A DNA stretch of 64,000 nucleotides from Octopus vulgaris. Its lineage: Eukaryota. Location of the stretch: positions 73,842,001-73,906,000 of the forward strand of contig OX597827.1 of NCBI GenBank assembly GCA_951406725.2, written 5' to 3'. Under the pieces are notes generated by a model. It worked only from the letters and a program-made list of their open reading frames with translations, made no database searches and was not told the origin of the DNA. Of this stretch, positions 39,396 through 52,280 are shown one piece after another; positions within the stretch are counted from its first letter, which is position 1; each line of letters begins with the position of its first letter. Both the position numbers and the translations under genes were made by a program.

Positions 39396-39590
39396 TAGGT
39401 AACATTGCTATACACACACTCATATACGTATATATATATACGTATGCATGTATATATTATATACATAGATATGCACACACTCACACACAAACACACATAT
39501 ATGCAAATGTATATTTCCAATACAAGACATGTTTACATACATATGTATACATGTGCGTGTATGCATATGTCTCTCTCCCCCCTCTCTCTC

Positions 39591-39630
<40 letters not shown>

Positions 39631-39649
39631 TATAGATATATATATGTAT

Positions 39650-40470
39650 AACGGGAAAGTTTACGAAAATAAACAAAAGACGAAGGCTGGTGGAGTATAA
39701 ACAAAGAATGTATTAGTATGACGCTCAGGAGTAGAAATAGAACAAGTGTTTTACGTTTCGAGCCTACGCTCTTCAACAGAAAGATACACAGAAAAAAAGA
39801 CAAGGAGAGAAACAAGGAGAGGAAAAATGCGTGTAGGAGCTAACGATCTATCATGTCGTTCTGACTTCAGGCAGAGGTCAGAGGTCAGAGGTCAGACGTT
39901 AGACGCTAGAGGGACAGTAGGGGAGATAACAGGGACAAGTGACTTCCAAAACGAAGTTGACCCCAACACAAAGGTGCGTGTGTGTATAAGAGACTATGTA
40001 TGTGCGTGTGAAAGAGGGCTGGTTGTCTGGACGTGTGTATGTATGTATGTATGGGTGTGGAGATATGGGGATGGGTGTGTAGGTGGTCTGTTGTGACGTA
40101 ATATATGTGTATGTATGTGTAGGTGTAAAGATGTAGGGATGGGTGTGTGGGCGGTGTGTTGTGGGTGGTTTGTTGTGATGTGTAATGTTGTATGGTGTAG
40201 TGTAGTGTGGTGTGATGTTGCGGGGTGGTGGGGGCGAGAGTGGGGAAAGCCCATGTGGGGTGTGGGTTCGGCTGGAGGTTGGGGTAGAGTGGGGGTTGTG
40301 GGGAGAGTGAGAGGGGGAAAGTTGAGCCCAACAGCGTAAAAGAGCGAAGAGAGAAGATTAGTACCTGTTCACGGCGCAAGCGGGAATCTGGATGGCCTCT
40401 GTGCAAGGTCAATCCGAACACAGACAGGTGTTGCAAGGAGTGACCGGTGGAGCGGAAATGGCATGAGACT

Positions 40471-40472
<2 letters not shown>
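39650..40472 (-). mobile_element. PLE 3' fragment related to 2890-4135
   Basis: PVSCHFRSTGHSLQHLSVFGLTLHRGHPDSRLRREQVLIFSL; pLTR with hammerhead variant at 39749-39782. Confidence 0.85.
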
Positions 40473-40557
<85 letters not shown>

Positions 40558-41434
40558 TGTATGTATGTATGTATGTATGTGTGTATGCATTTGCATACAT
40601 CCACTGATATAGAAATATGTATGCGTATTTATATGCACAAACATAGTCGAAGCTAATGGGCTTCTTCCTGACATATGAAACTTATTATTTATCTTGCTGC
40701 TGTCAGCCTTCTTCCATTTTCTACTTGTGTTTCTCTCTGTCCCTTTGGCTAACTCCAAAGTCTTTTCTGTCTTTTCTTGTGTTCTTTGTCGCTCCTCAGT
40801 TCTTCTGCTCGTTAATTGACATGGGACTTTGATGTTTCCGTATTGTAAATTCTGCTTGCTTTCTCTGTATTTAGAAGTCAAGAAGGCTCCATGGAAATGA
40901 AAACTGTTTTGTATCTGTGATATTTGCAGTTGACTTGTGTGTATTTGAAAAATTAGACAATTGCTTTTCTTTCAATTAAATTTATCTTATGCATGTATCT
41001 GAGCATGTCAAAATTGTCTAATTGAGATACGTTTATTGTTTTGTCTCTCGTCATCTATCCTAGAAGAGCGCATGCTCGAAACATAGAAAACTCCTTTCAA
41101 TTTGTTTGCTTTTTTATCTCGTCTTCTTGTCCCATAGATATATATAAGGATCGTATGTAGAAAACATAAGCACACTCTAAGATGTAAAGCAGTATATATT
41201 AAAAGTGGAGAAAACTGGTTTACAGGATTACCATGGGTTCCCTTACATTAAAAGTATAGCTTTATGACGTATCTTCAGATCCCAAAACGTGTTGACCTAA
41301 GACTTCTTCGAAATATGGGGGTGGGGAAAGCCGCGCTACCAAGGTAACAGTAGGGGCTTATCTCTCTTTGCCATTGGCTATTTATTTCTGGCTGTGCCGC
41401 CATCTTGTGGGCTCGAAACAGCAGCAGGAATTTC

Positions 41435-41990
41435 CTAAAATGTAAAGATGGCTAAAGATGGCTTGAAAATCTCCGTTCTATAGTTAAGGATGTTCCCTGC
41501 TTCGAGCGAGTCTTTTAGGATTCTCGCGCAAGTACCGAAGCGCAAGAGGAGCGTGACGTCAAAGAAGTCCGCAGCTGTGAGGTTGGCTGCTATGCTGATC
41601 TTCAAACCCATGGAGGCAAATGTGCCGATTAAGATTTTCCAAAGCCTATCTAGTGTATACCCGCTTGCTCCCCAATAGATAGCCGAGGCGTCGTTTCTGC
41701 AGAGGACAAAGAGGAAAGAGGGGAACTTATTCCCAAGGGTGTCTACGATATACAACTCAATGAGGTCGCACACTTCAGCGCTGTTGTAGGTTCCCATCGC
41801 TACGTCAAAGAGCCCGTGGGGTCGGATTGCTCGACCCATGCCGAACCTTTGTTGAACAGCGCTGTTCTTCTGGTATGCATAATAATTTCTACACCGCTGT
41901 CTCTAATACTCGTGAAACCCCTAGCGAAAGAAAACGCCTTGGTCAGTAGCCCTAAGCCAGCAGGTATTGGGTTTGACGATACGCCACAAA
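41435..41990 (-). mobile_element. PLE reverse transcriptase fragment
   Basis: FDVAMGTYNSAEVCDLIELYI...LCRNDA...GLKISI..N...DFFDVTL (cf. FDVTMGSYDGAEVCELVG...LYRDDG...DFLDVTL). Confidence 0.85.
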
Positions 41991-42288
41991 GCTAAACCTT
42001 TTATGGACGGAACCACATGGTTAATTCCATAAACCGGCTTTTACTTTTAATATGTATATATGTGTGTGTGTATGTTGTGTGCATGTATGTATGGATGGAT
42101 GGATTGTTGTATTTATGGACCAGGCTACAAACCGCATAGTAAGCCAATATAAGGGCTGTAATTTATAGACGTATGTAGTTTAAATCAAATATATCCAATC
42201 ATTAATGATTATCTCATTAAGTAGATATAAAATATAATCATTTCGTATCTCCTGTTTTTCTTTCTACTCTACATAAACATATGCACGC

Positions 42289-42358
<70 letters not shown>

Positions 42359-42806
42359 AATTAAATAAGGTACTATTACCATTAATAATATTAATAATTT
42401 TAATAACTTTATAATAAAGTGGCCTGACAGTTTATACCTATATAGGTAAAATATACAAATAAATTAAGTAGGGTATTAGCATACGACTTGCTACAAATAG
42501 AGCTGACAGTCCAAAGTCACAAACCTCCCACTATTAAGATATACACACGACGAATGTAACGAATATAACAGGAATAGGCTTACATTGTATGAACTATAGA
42601 AGCAAGAAGAGAGATATTCCGGTATTAATTGATTACAACCTTTGTATCAATATACTTAAGGCTCATCAGCCCGACTTACTGCATAGTTTTTGAAAATATT
42701 CATTACACTACACCGTGCGCGTTCTTTCATTCGAATGCGCGCGCGGCATTCAAAAATGAACATAAAATGAACCGGTACAACATAAAACTGTGTAAGGTAT
42801 TATTAC

Positions 42807-42884
<78 letters not shown>

Positions 42885-43099
42885 TAATGACAATAATAAT
42901 AATAATAATAATGGTAGTAGTAGTAGTAGTAATGAAGTGGCCAGCAAGTTTATACCTATATCGGTAAAATATACAAATAAATTAAGTAGAGTACCGGAAT
43001 ATCACGCTAAAAATCGAGCTAACACACCAAAACCACAAATTTCTCTCTATTAAAATACACACGTCGAATATAACGAATATATAGGGTTCATACGGCTGT

Positions 43100-43647
43100 A
43101 AAAATCAACTAATGTTCAATAAAGCCATAACTGAAGACAGCCGTAGAAAGAAGAAGTGTCTAAGTATGGCCTGGATCGATCACCGAAAGGCTTTTCATAG
43201 CATTTCCCACACATGGATCCAATAAACAATAGACATGAACAAGTCAGCACCAATAATCATGAAATATATACCATAAATATCAGACATAAATGTCACCAAC
43301 AGATGACAGCGTTTCTCTAAAAGAAATGGAGAAACATTTGAAATACAAAACCTGGAAATAAAGGTAACTCGAATATGGAGTCTAAAAACACAAACAATTC
43401 CTCTCATAATAGACGCATTGGGTATGATTAAAAAAAAGTATTCAGAGAAATACATAGTAAAAACACTAGGACTAACAAATATATATAACATTGAGAAAAT
43501 AGTACTACTAATCACCGTACACATCCTACGTAAAACACCTTCAGTACAGTAACAATAAGAACTTCGCGACAAACCTCAGCATATACCCAAATCAGACAGA
43601 AGTGCGAACGGTAGCGCAATGAAAGATCGTGATAAAAATAAGACTAC

Positions 43648-43683
<36 letters not shown>

Positions 43684-43940
43684 TTTGATAAATATGGAGA
43701 CCTAAGGATTGAGATCGATAAGATGCGGCATCTACGAGAGTTGATCATAAAGGTTATCTCTATTGTCATCTGAAAACTTTAGGGAAACTCTACTATTTAG
43801 ATGCCTTGTAAAAGTCGGTATTACTTGGAACTGCGAGCATATTGCCTAAGGAGCTGTCTGTCTGAGGTCCTTGTTGTGACTTCACAAACAGTACAAACCC
43901 ACGGCAGACACAATATCTTCAATCAACAACTTCACGATAT
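43100..43940 (+). mobile_element. Two R4/Dong-like LINE 3' remnants flanked by (AAT)n
   Basis: LSMAWIDHRKAF RT motif; KYKNLEI..WSLKTQTIPLIIDALG and KYGDLRIEI restriction-like endonuclease motifs; (AAT)n at 42811-42911, 43649-43680, 43961-44152. Confidence 0.7.
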
Positions 43941-43958
43941 TGTATATTGTGCTACATC

Positions 43959-44056
<98 letters not shown>

Positions 44057-44058
44057 TA

Positions 44059-44130
<72 letters not shown>

Positions 44131-44198
44131 TTAATGATAATAATAATAATAATATGGTAATAGTGGTTTAAACTTTTGCCACAAAGTTTTAGAAGGTA

Positions 44199-45407
44199 TT
44201 AGGTTGTCAAGAAAGTTCTTACGGAAGTTCTAATTTGGGTTTTAAATGATGTATTTTCAAATTAATTTTCGTTAAATTACTTTGACTTTATATATCATTT
44301 TAAAGACCGTTTTTTCTCTCTGTCTAATCGTGTTGCTCTTTTTCTTTTTGAATAATTAGGCCTTTTTCCGGAACGTTGAACACAGCATGGACTAAAAGCA
44401 AATTCGCATAATTTTCTTATTCCAGTTCAAGCTAGGCCGAAAAGGTTCTGAAACAGCTCGCGAGATCAACGATGCGTTTGGCCCAGGAACCACTAATGAA
44501 CGTACAGCTCAATGGTGGTTCAAGAAATTTCGTAGCGGTGACGAGAATCTTGATGATGATAAGCGTAGTGGTCGGCCATCAGATGTTTGCAGCAATCAAC
44601 TAAGAGCCTTAGTCGAAGTCAATCCACGCACGACTGTTCGAGAGCTTGCCTCTGAATTAAACGTAACGTATACGACAATTTCCAATCACTTGAAAGAAAA
44701 TGGAAAAACAAAAATACTTGAGAAATGGGTGCCGCACAAATTGAAGGACAACCAAAAAAGACGCCATTTTGAAGTATCGTCTTCCCTTCTTTTACGCAAT
44801 AAGAACCACCCGGGTCTCGACCGGATTGTGACTTGCGATGAAAAGTGGATTCTTTACGACAACCGGCGACGCCTAGCTCAGTGGTTGGACGAAGCTCCAC
44901 GACACTTCTCGAAGCCGACGTTGCACCAAACGAAGATTATGGTGACTGTCTGCGGCCGGTCTCATCCATCACAGCTTTTTGGATCCATGCGAAATCATTA
45001 CGGCGGAGAAGTACTATCAGTAAACGGATGAAATGCATAAGAAACTCCGACAACAATAGAAAAGGACCAATTCTTCTTCACGACAACACTCGGCCGCACG
45101 TCGCACAAGTTGAACCGCCATACTCACCAGACCTCTCGCCTACCGACTACCACTTTTTCAAGCATCTCGACAGCCTCCTGCGTGAGAAATGCTTCAAAAA
45201 CCAAGACGATGCCAAACACGCCTTCAACGACTTCATCGGCAACAGAACGCAGGATTTTTACGCTACTGGCATAAAGAAACTTGTTTGGCGTTGGCAAAAG
45301 TATGTTGATTCTGGTGTCTATTTCAATTAATAAAGTTTTATTTGAGCCGAGATATGTGCATCTGAATTTAAAAGTTAAAAACCGCAAGAACTTTCTTGAT
45401 AACCTAA
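44199..45407 (+). mobile_element. Near-complete mariner element (cecropia/Hsmar1-like) with TIRs; transposase pseudogene
   Basis: TIRs ttaggttgtcaagaaagttcttacgg / ccgcaagaactttcttgataacctaa, TA TSD on both sides; WVPHKL, VTCDEKW, HDNTRPH, YSPDLSPTDY motifs; early stop and frameshift. Confidence 0.95.
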
Positions 45408-46155
45408 TATTTCTATAGATTTATGTTGATACAATTAGAGAAAATATTACAAAACAATTTAGATATAGATTAAGGGGCAGTATGTGGGCACACATGCCGA
45501 AGGACCCTGGCGGAAGATGTGAGCACTGGACACTTGCCTGACATGGATAAGGACACAAGTTTTCACTGTTTTATCCTTTAAACAACCGGAAAAGCAGTGC
45601 ACATAAGCCTTCAGCGAGATCTCGTTGCTGAAGGGATACGGAAGAAGGAATGCATCTTCAAACTGATTGTCTGGACAAAACACCTTTAAGAGTGGACACG
45701 GCTTATGAAATTCAAGTTGCTGTATGGAGTTTTAAAGCCGTGTTTTGTGTTAAATTAAGCAACGAAGTAGGCCGTAGCAGGATTTGAACTCTAGAAAAGA
45801 TAGAACCGGAACAGTTAACGCAACATCGGACTCTACGTTCATAAATTTCGGCTGACGTATCGCATAGAATTGGTACTTTCATTATGAACTCCATAGAGAG
45901 AGATGCAAACAGGATATGTTAATATAAGCGAGCTATAGTGTAAATCGGGAGGCCTTTTAATGTGTGGGGTGGGGCGAAGATTATATGTGCGTGTGCGGGT
46001 GTGTATGCGACTGTTTGCGTGTATGTATTTGAATGTGTGTGTTTGAAGGAAATGTTAACCATTTTCCATACTTTCTCGAGGTAAGCAAATAGGAATAAAC
46101 AGTTGTATCTAAAGACAAAAGTCGTGTTGCACGGTGTAATTAACTGTATGTTTGC

Positions 46156-46190
<35 letters not shown>

Positions 46191-46491
46191 AGTTTTATAG
46201 AAATTTCTTTCAAAGTTCCTATTTTGTTTTTCACACATCAACTTGTGCAAGTTGTACAATACAGAATGTTAGATATAATAAACCTAGCTGTCTCTTTCAA
46301 TACATACCAATCTATGCAAATTAAAGTCGAAATATGTTACAACATATAGAATTTTCTCAATAAGGCCAAGAAAAAATGATGTTTTATCAACACATTCTAC
46401 CAGTATACGAAGTTTAAAAGTGTTTAGTTAACTAGAAATTGTGTTGAAAACTGTCGTTCAAAAGGAAGAGATCCAATACATACTTGGAAAT

Positions 46492-46838
46492 AAATGTTGT
46501 TGATCAAAACATGGCATTATTACAATAATTCATTTATTATTATTACTATTATTATCATTAGTTCATAAATTAAGAAATTAAAATTTATCAATAAATTTAA
46601 AATCATTTAGTATAATTAAGATAGCACATTTAAAATTAATATTAAACTACGAATATAAATATTATTTAACAGCCAGTAAAAATATTAGATAATGATTTTA
46701 GATTTTCTATCTTAATTATACCAAATGATTATACATTTATAAACAAATTTTAATTTCTCAATTTATTAATTAATGATGATAATAGTAACAATAATAAATG
46801 AAAGATTGTAATAATGCCATATTTTGATCAAAACATTT
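46492..46838. repeat. About 350-bp imperfect AT-rich palindrome (foldback/MITE-like)
   Basis: tgatcaaaacatggcattattacaat vs attgtaataatgccatattttgatca; atcatttagtataattaagatag vs ctatcttaattataccaaatgat. Confidence 0.85.
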
Positions 46839-47059
46839 CTTTCTGGTTTTTTAAATAGATATTTTATTTATAAATATATAAACTTTTACTTGAATAGAAA
46901 GATTATATATATTTCCCCTCCGATAAACTAAATAATTTAGTATATATTATTTGCGTTTTACTGAGTTTTCCGTTCTGTTGAATATGTAAATAAGGACAAT
47001 TATCGGTCAGTTGTTTTTAGGTGGGGTTTTGTTTGTGCCAAGAAAGGGTATTTATTATA

Positions 47060-47680
47060 AATTCTTTTCTACTCTTGGGAGAAGGCCCGAAATTTTGGGA
47101 GAGGGGGCCTGTTGATTAGATCAACTCCAGTACGCAACTGGTACTAAATTTATCGACTCTGAAAAGTTGAAAGGCAAAGGCGACCTCGGCGGAATTTGAA
47201 CTCAAAACGTAAAGACAGACGAAATACCTATTTATTTATTACCAAGGAGGGGACAAACAAGGACAGTCAAGGGTATTGAGTCGATTACATCGACCACAGT
47301 GCGTAACTGGTACTTAATTTATTGACCCCGAAAGGATGAAGGGCAAAGTTGACGTCGGCGAATTTGAACTCAGTACGAAGCGGCAGACGAAATACCTATT
47401 TCTTTACTACCCACAAGGGGCTAAACACAGAGAGGACAAACAAGGACAGACAAACGGATTAAGTCGATTATATCGACCCCAGTGCGTAACTGGTACTTAA
47501 TTTATCGACCCCGAAGGATGAAAGGCAAAGTCGACCTCGGCGGAATTTGAACTCAGAACGCAGCGGCGGACGAAATAACACAAAGCATTTCGCCCGGCGT
47601 GCTAACGTTTCTGTCAGCTCACCGCCTTTGCCAGCTCACCGCCTTTGCTAGCTCACCGCCTTATGCCAGCTCACCGCCTT
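47060..47680 (-). mobile_element. Three tandem or nested SINE A units with a four-fold repeated ~17-bp head
   Basis: Junction gacgaaatac|ctatt at about 47228 and 47395; agctcaccgcctt x4 at 47612-47680. Confidence 0.9.
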
Positions 47681-48425
47681 AATCATGGATTACATTGACC
47701 ACAGCATGTTGTATTCTGTTCACCAGGAAATACTCAAACCACTGTAGAAGTTCTCCACGGATTCCAACATTTCTCAATTTTAACAGTAGGATATCATGGT
47801 TAAATCTGTCGAACGCTTTACTGAAGTCAAGATGTATGACAGCAGAGTTGGAATTTGTTCCCAAGGCTTTAAGTATATCATCGATGTGGTGTAAGAGCTG
47901 TGTTAGACAGACCCTGCCGCAGCGAAATCCATGCTGGTTTGAATTTAGGTGTTTGTGACTCGCCCAGGTAGTCAGCTATCCTTAATCTTACCTCTCTTTC
48001 AAACAATTTAATGATGTGGGAGGTGAGTGAGATTGGGCGATAGTTGACTGCGGGAGATCTGTTTTCCTGTTAGAAAACCGGGATAACAGACTGGGATCGG
48101 AGCTGTTTCGGTGTATAACCTGAATCTAAAGAATTTCTCCAGCAGTTGGTCAGAGGGACTGCATGTCAGTGTCTACATTCCTTCAGGAGACGAACGCGGA
48201 ATCCATCAGGGTCTACAGCAGAATAGTTTTTGACGTCAATTATTGCTTCTATGACGTCTGAAGCAGTGAAGGTTATGTCCGAGATTTTACGTTGGGAATC
48301 GACTTCGTTTACACCCTTATGTCAATATCAGGGGGATCCCTAAAGAGAGCAGTGTTGTTTCTGCGGTATTTCTGCCATTTCTTTAGCATCGTGATGGAGA
48401 ACGCCGTTATCATCGATAAATGAAT
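47681..48425 (-). mobile_element. CR1-like LINE RT fragment (a further piece at about 50575-50945)
   Basis: NYRPISLTSHIIKLFER, QHGFRCGRVCLTQLL, HLDFSKAFDRFNH, GIRGELLQWF. Confidence 0.88.
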
Positions 48426-48494
48426 GGATCAATGGTTGAGACAGCTGTTCTATTCTTATTTGCATATGAATAGAACATTTATGGGTTCTCTCTT

Positions 48495-48745
48495 TACTCT
48501 TTTACTCTTTTACTTATTTCAGTCATTTGACTGCGGCCATGCTGGAGCACCACCTTTAGTCGAGCAAATCGACCCCAGGATTTGTAAGACCCCCAGGCTT
48601 ACAAATTTGTACGTACTAGGCTTCTTTGTAAGCCTATTACTTATTTTATCGGTCAATTTTGTCGAACCGCTATGTTACGGGGACGTAAACCACCAGCATC
48701 GGTTGTCAAGCGATGTTGGGGGACAAACACAGGCACACAAACACA
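48495..48745 (-). mobile_element. SINE family B, 3' half
   Basis: Reverse complement of the 26990-27128 region. Confidence 0.88.
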
Positions 48746-48763
48746 TACACAAGCATACATACA

Positions 48764-48836
<73 letters not shown>

Positions 48837-49047
48837 TGAAATAGAAAGATGAATAATCTTGTTGCAGATTAATCAAAAGTTTAACCGATACCTTGGTAGC
48901 AAAAATCACAGCAGAAGACAGCACGGTTGGAGGTACAACCATATGGTGTTGCAACCGTGCGTTGGTGCGGATAATTGAATTTTAATATTATTAGTGAATT
49001 GAAGAAATGGAGTTGAACGAAGATTAAACAGAAATCGTTTTATTGCA

Positions 49048-49127
49048 TTCTACACGTGTTTCGAAAGGCACAATTTACCAAATTCCGATTGAATAAGGAG
49101 ACCATATTGTGTCTTTCTCTTCAGGAA
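49048..49127 (-). ncRNA. Type I hammerhead ribozyme with long stem II and palindromic stem III
   Basis: Reverse complement: ttc-CTGAAGA-gaaagacacaat...attgtgcctttc-GAAAcacgtGTA-gaa. Confidence 0.75.
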
Positions 49128-50154
49128 GAAATAGGAAATCCGTTGGAAAAAACAAAAACAGAACAGAGGCGGAGCAAAACAAATCGAACGAGGCTCCTAA
49201 GAGCCCATGGCCAAACTGTTTATCAATGTATGTTGAAAACTGGTGGTGGGTGCGTTGAAGGTTTTAACGGGTCAGGCAGCGGTCATTCCGGTGGGTGGGA
49301 GCACGGGGTGCTTAGATGTTCTTTGTGACCGAGACTAAAGTTCTGACTATTTAAAGAATATTAGGTGTATTATATGGGGCGAGCCAAAATCTACTTAGAA
49401 ACATGTGTGTGTGTACTGTTCTATGTGTTCGTATGTGCGTTTGATCACGTGGCCGTCAGTTGGTAAACAGCCCTACACAATGTTCACTGCTGTAAAATCC
49501 GTCGGGTGGCAGAAAAAAATTTTTTATGTGTGCGTGTGTTCGTCTAAACCTGCCTTGTCAAAGAAACCCCCCGTCGTCAAGACAAACCACCATTCGTCTC
49601 CCAGGAGTAATTCCCCTTGCAATGGTTAATCATATTTCTCTTAAAAGTTTTTCAGAATTTATTTCCAAGGGCTGTTTTCATATACGTAGTGTAACCGGGT
49701 GCAGGTATTATTTATAAGCGTTATTTATAAGCAAGATAAGTATAACGCCGCCAGTGGGGGCATCGAAAAGCCGACTGTAAAAGTCCGTTTACCATCCGTT
49801 TACCATATATTGTTCGCCAGAGAATGCAATAAAACGATTTCTGTTCAATCTTCGTTCAACTCCATTTCTTCAATTCACTAATAATATTATATATATATAT
49901 ATACCAATTAGTAAATAAATGGCACAACTAAGTACCGATATTTACTGGAAATAGCGAACGAAAAAATACGACGCTAATGTGTAGCTTCACCGCGTATGTA
50001 TTAGCAAAAATGCGTGTGTGCAACAAATTAGAGAAAAAAAAACCGTCTTACCTCCAAGGAGAACATCTGAAAGATGAAACACCCGGAAAAGGATACTTTT
50101 TACTGGAAGGCAATACTTTGTATTATTATATATATATATTGATATATATATATA

Positions 50155-50550
50155 CGACGGGATTCTTTCAGTTTCAGTTTCCGTTTATCAAATCCACTCA
50201 CAAGGCTTTGGTCGGCCTGATGCTACAGTAGAAGACACTTGCCCAAGGTGCCACGTAGTAGGACTGAACCCGGAACCATGTGGTTGGTAAGCAGGCTACT
50301 TACCACACAGCCACTCCTGCGCTTGTTTGATTTTTTTTTTTTTATTAATTTCTCTGCTTGTTTGAGCTTTATGTGGTAAATCGACCTCATATATTATATA
50401 TATATATAGGGGCTTTGTTTCAGTTTCGTTTATCAAACCTCACCTGATGCTACAGTAGAAGACACTTGCCTAAGGTGCCACGTAGTAGGACTGAACCCGG
50501 AACCATGTGGTTGGTAAGCAGGCTACTTACCACACAGCCACTCCTGCGCT
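50155..50550 (-). mobile_element. Two duplicated SINE B 5' halves
   Basis: Near-identical ctgatgctacagtagaagacacttgcc...gccactcctgcgc at about 50217-50322 and 50444-50549. Confidence 0.9.
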
Positions 50551-51367
50551 TGTTGGATTTCTTTTTTTTTTGTTTGATTAACCACTGTTCCTCTGCAGCT
50601 CCTTCGTTTTCAACGGAGGTTTTTATGTCGGTCTGCAGATGAAGTTTATCCAACTCCAGCCTTTTCATTGTTGTTGAATGTGGATGTTGTATATGTGAGC
50701 ATTTTGTTTTATTTTTTCCTCTAGGGAACCGATTTCTGTCAGTTTATCGATTTTGTAGGAGCGTATTTTGAGCATGTATAGGTGACAGTGTTCTCAAAGC
50801 GCTGCCATGTGGTCTCAATGTCAGTGGAACCGAGAGTGAAGGTCCAATCGATAGAGGACTAGACCTTCCTGATTGCTACCCAGTCCGATTTGTGGTAGTT
50901 TATGCTGTCAAGTGCAGTGGAATGGGATTGACTGGTCTGGTTTTCAAATATCGTATCGTATTATATTATATTATATTATATTATATTATATTATATTATA
51001 TTATGATACGTTGTGTTATGTTACATTTACTCACACATAAGTATGTACATGTTCACTAAACTGCAGCCGTGTTAGTGGTCCGGCTTAATAGGTTTATCGA
51101 TATTTATGCCAAACTCTGAACTTTGGTTTTTTTTTTTTAAACTTTCATTTCAGTCATGTATGTGTTGTAGTGAGTTTCTATTAACTCAACGCTAGGATAT
51201 GGGACATGAGCATAAAAAAAGACGCATTTTAGTGGGGCGGTGAATCAGTAACGGTCTTAGAGAAATGTCCTAAGATAAACATACATACATTAACAGATAT
51301 ATATATGTATATATGTATGCATATATGTCTATTTCCCTCTCTCTCACACACACTCTCTCTATGTCTG

Positions 51368-51421
<54 letters not shown>

Positions 51422-51840
51422 TGTACATACATACTTACATATATGTACATACATACTTACATATATTTATATATAGGTTGATATATATAAATATATACAT
51501 ATATATGCAAACACATACGCGTGCGCACACACACAACCACATATATACATACACACACAGACACACATACATACATATATACGCATACCCACACGTACAT
51601 ACACACGCATGTATACAAGAGGGATTTCAGTAACATTGATCGATTTGAATCTATAGACGAAAATAGTTGCGTATCGTGTCACACAAGGAGATTGAACCAG
51701 AGACCACGAGGTTAAGAATATACGTATGTGTGTTTAGTTATTTATTTACATAAATATGTCTATATATATATAATATATAGATGTGTGTGTGCGTGTTTGT
51801 GTATCTATATATATGTGACTATATGTAAGAAGAGAGGGAG

Positions 51841-52053
51841 AGGCGGTGAGCTGGCAGAAACGTTAGCACGCTGAGCGAAATGCGTAGATGTATTTCGTCT
51901 GCCGTTACCTTCTGAGTTCAAATTCCGCCGGGGACGACTTCGCCTTTCATCCTCTCGGGGTCGATAAATAAAGTACCAGTTTCGCACTGATTCGATAAAA
52001 TCTGTCCTTGTTTGACCCCCCTATGTTTAGCCCCTTGTTGGTAGTAAAGAAAT
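51841..52053 (+). mobile_element. SINE family A
   Basis: Head aggcggtgagctggcagaaacg, tail ccccttgttggtagtaaagaaata, TSD tatgtaag(a/c)agagag. Confidence 0.9.
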
Positions 52054-52280
52054 ATGTATGTAAGCAGAGAGATATCGAGAAGGAGAATAATAGAGAGAGA
52101 GAGAGGGGAGCAGGAAGAAAGAGAGCTGAGCTGCATAGAGAAAACATGAAACATGAAAAATACATTATCAAATAATTAGGATAGACATTAATTACCACTA
52201 ACACATTTAATCAGCATATGTGGAGACAGTAATTAGACGGAAAGAAAGAATAAGAATTTTTAAAAAATTTGTTAACATAC

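Noticed and set aside
41215-41285. Minus-strand CTGAAGA motifs here and at about 33445-33515
   Set aside because: GAAA and stems I/III cannot be formed; at most heavily decayed ribozyme remnants
43131-43150. CTGAAGA...GAAA hammerhead-like motif
   Set aside because: No stems; lies within RT coding sequence (ITEDSRRKKK)
43801-44171. Poly-I / poly-N ORFs (also 4825-5199 and 42629-42967)
   Set aside because: (AAT)n repeats, not proteins
44690-45330. SETMAR-like host gene
   Set aside because: No SET domain; TIR-flanked, frameshifted mariner copy
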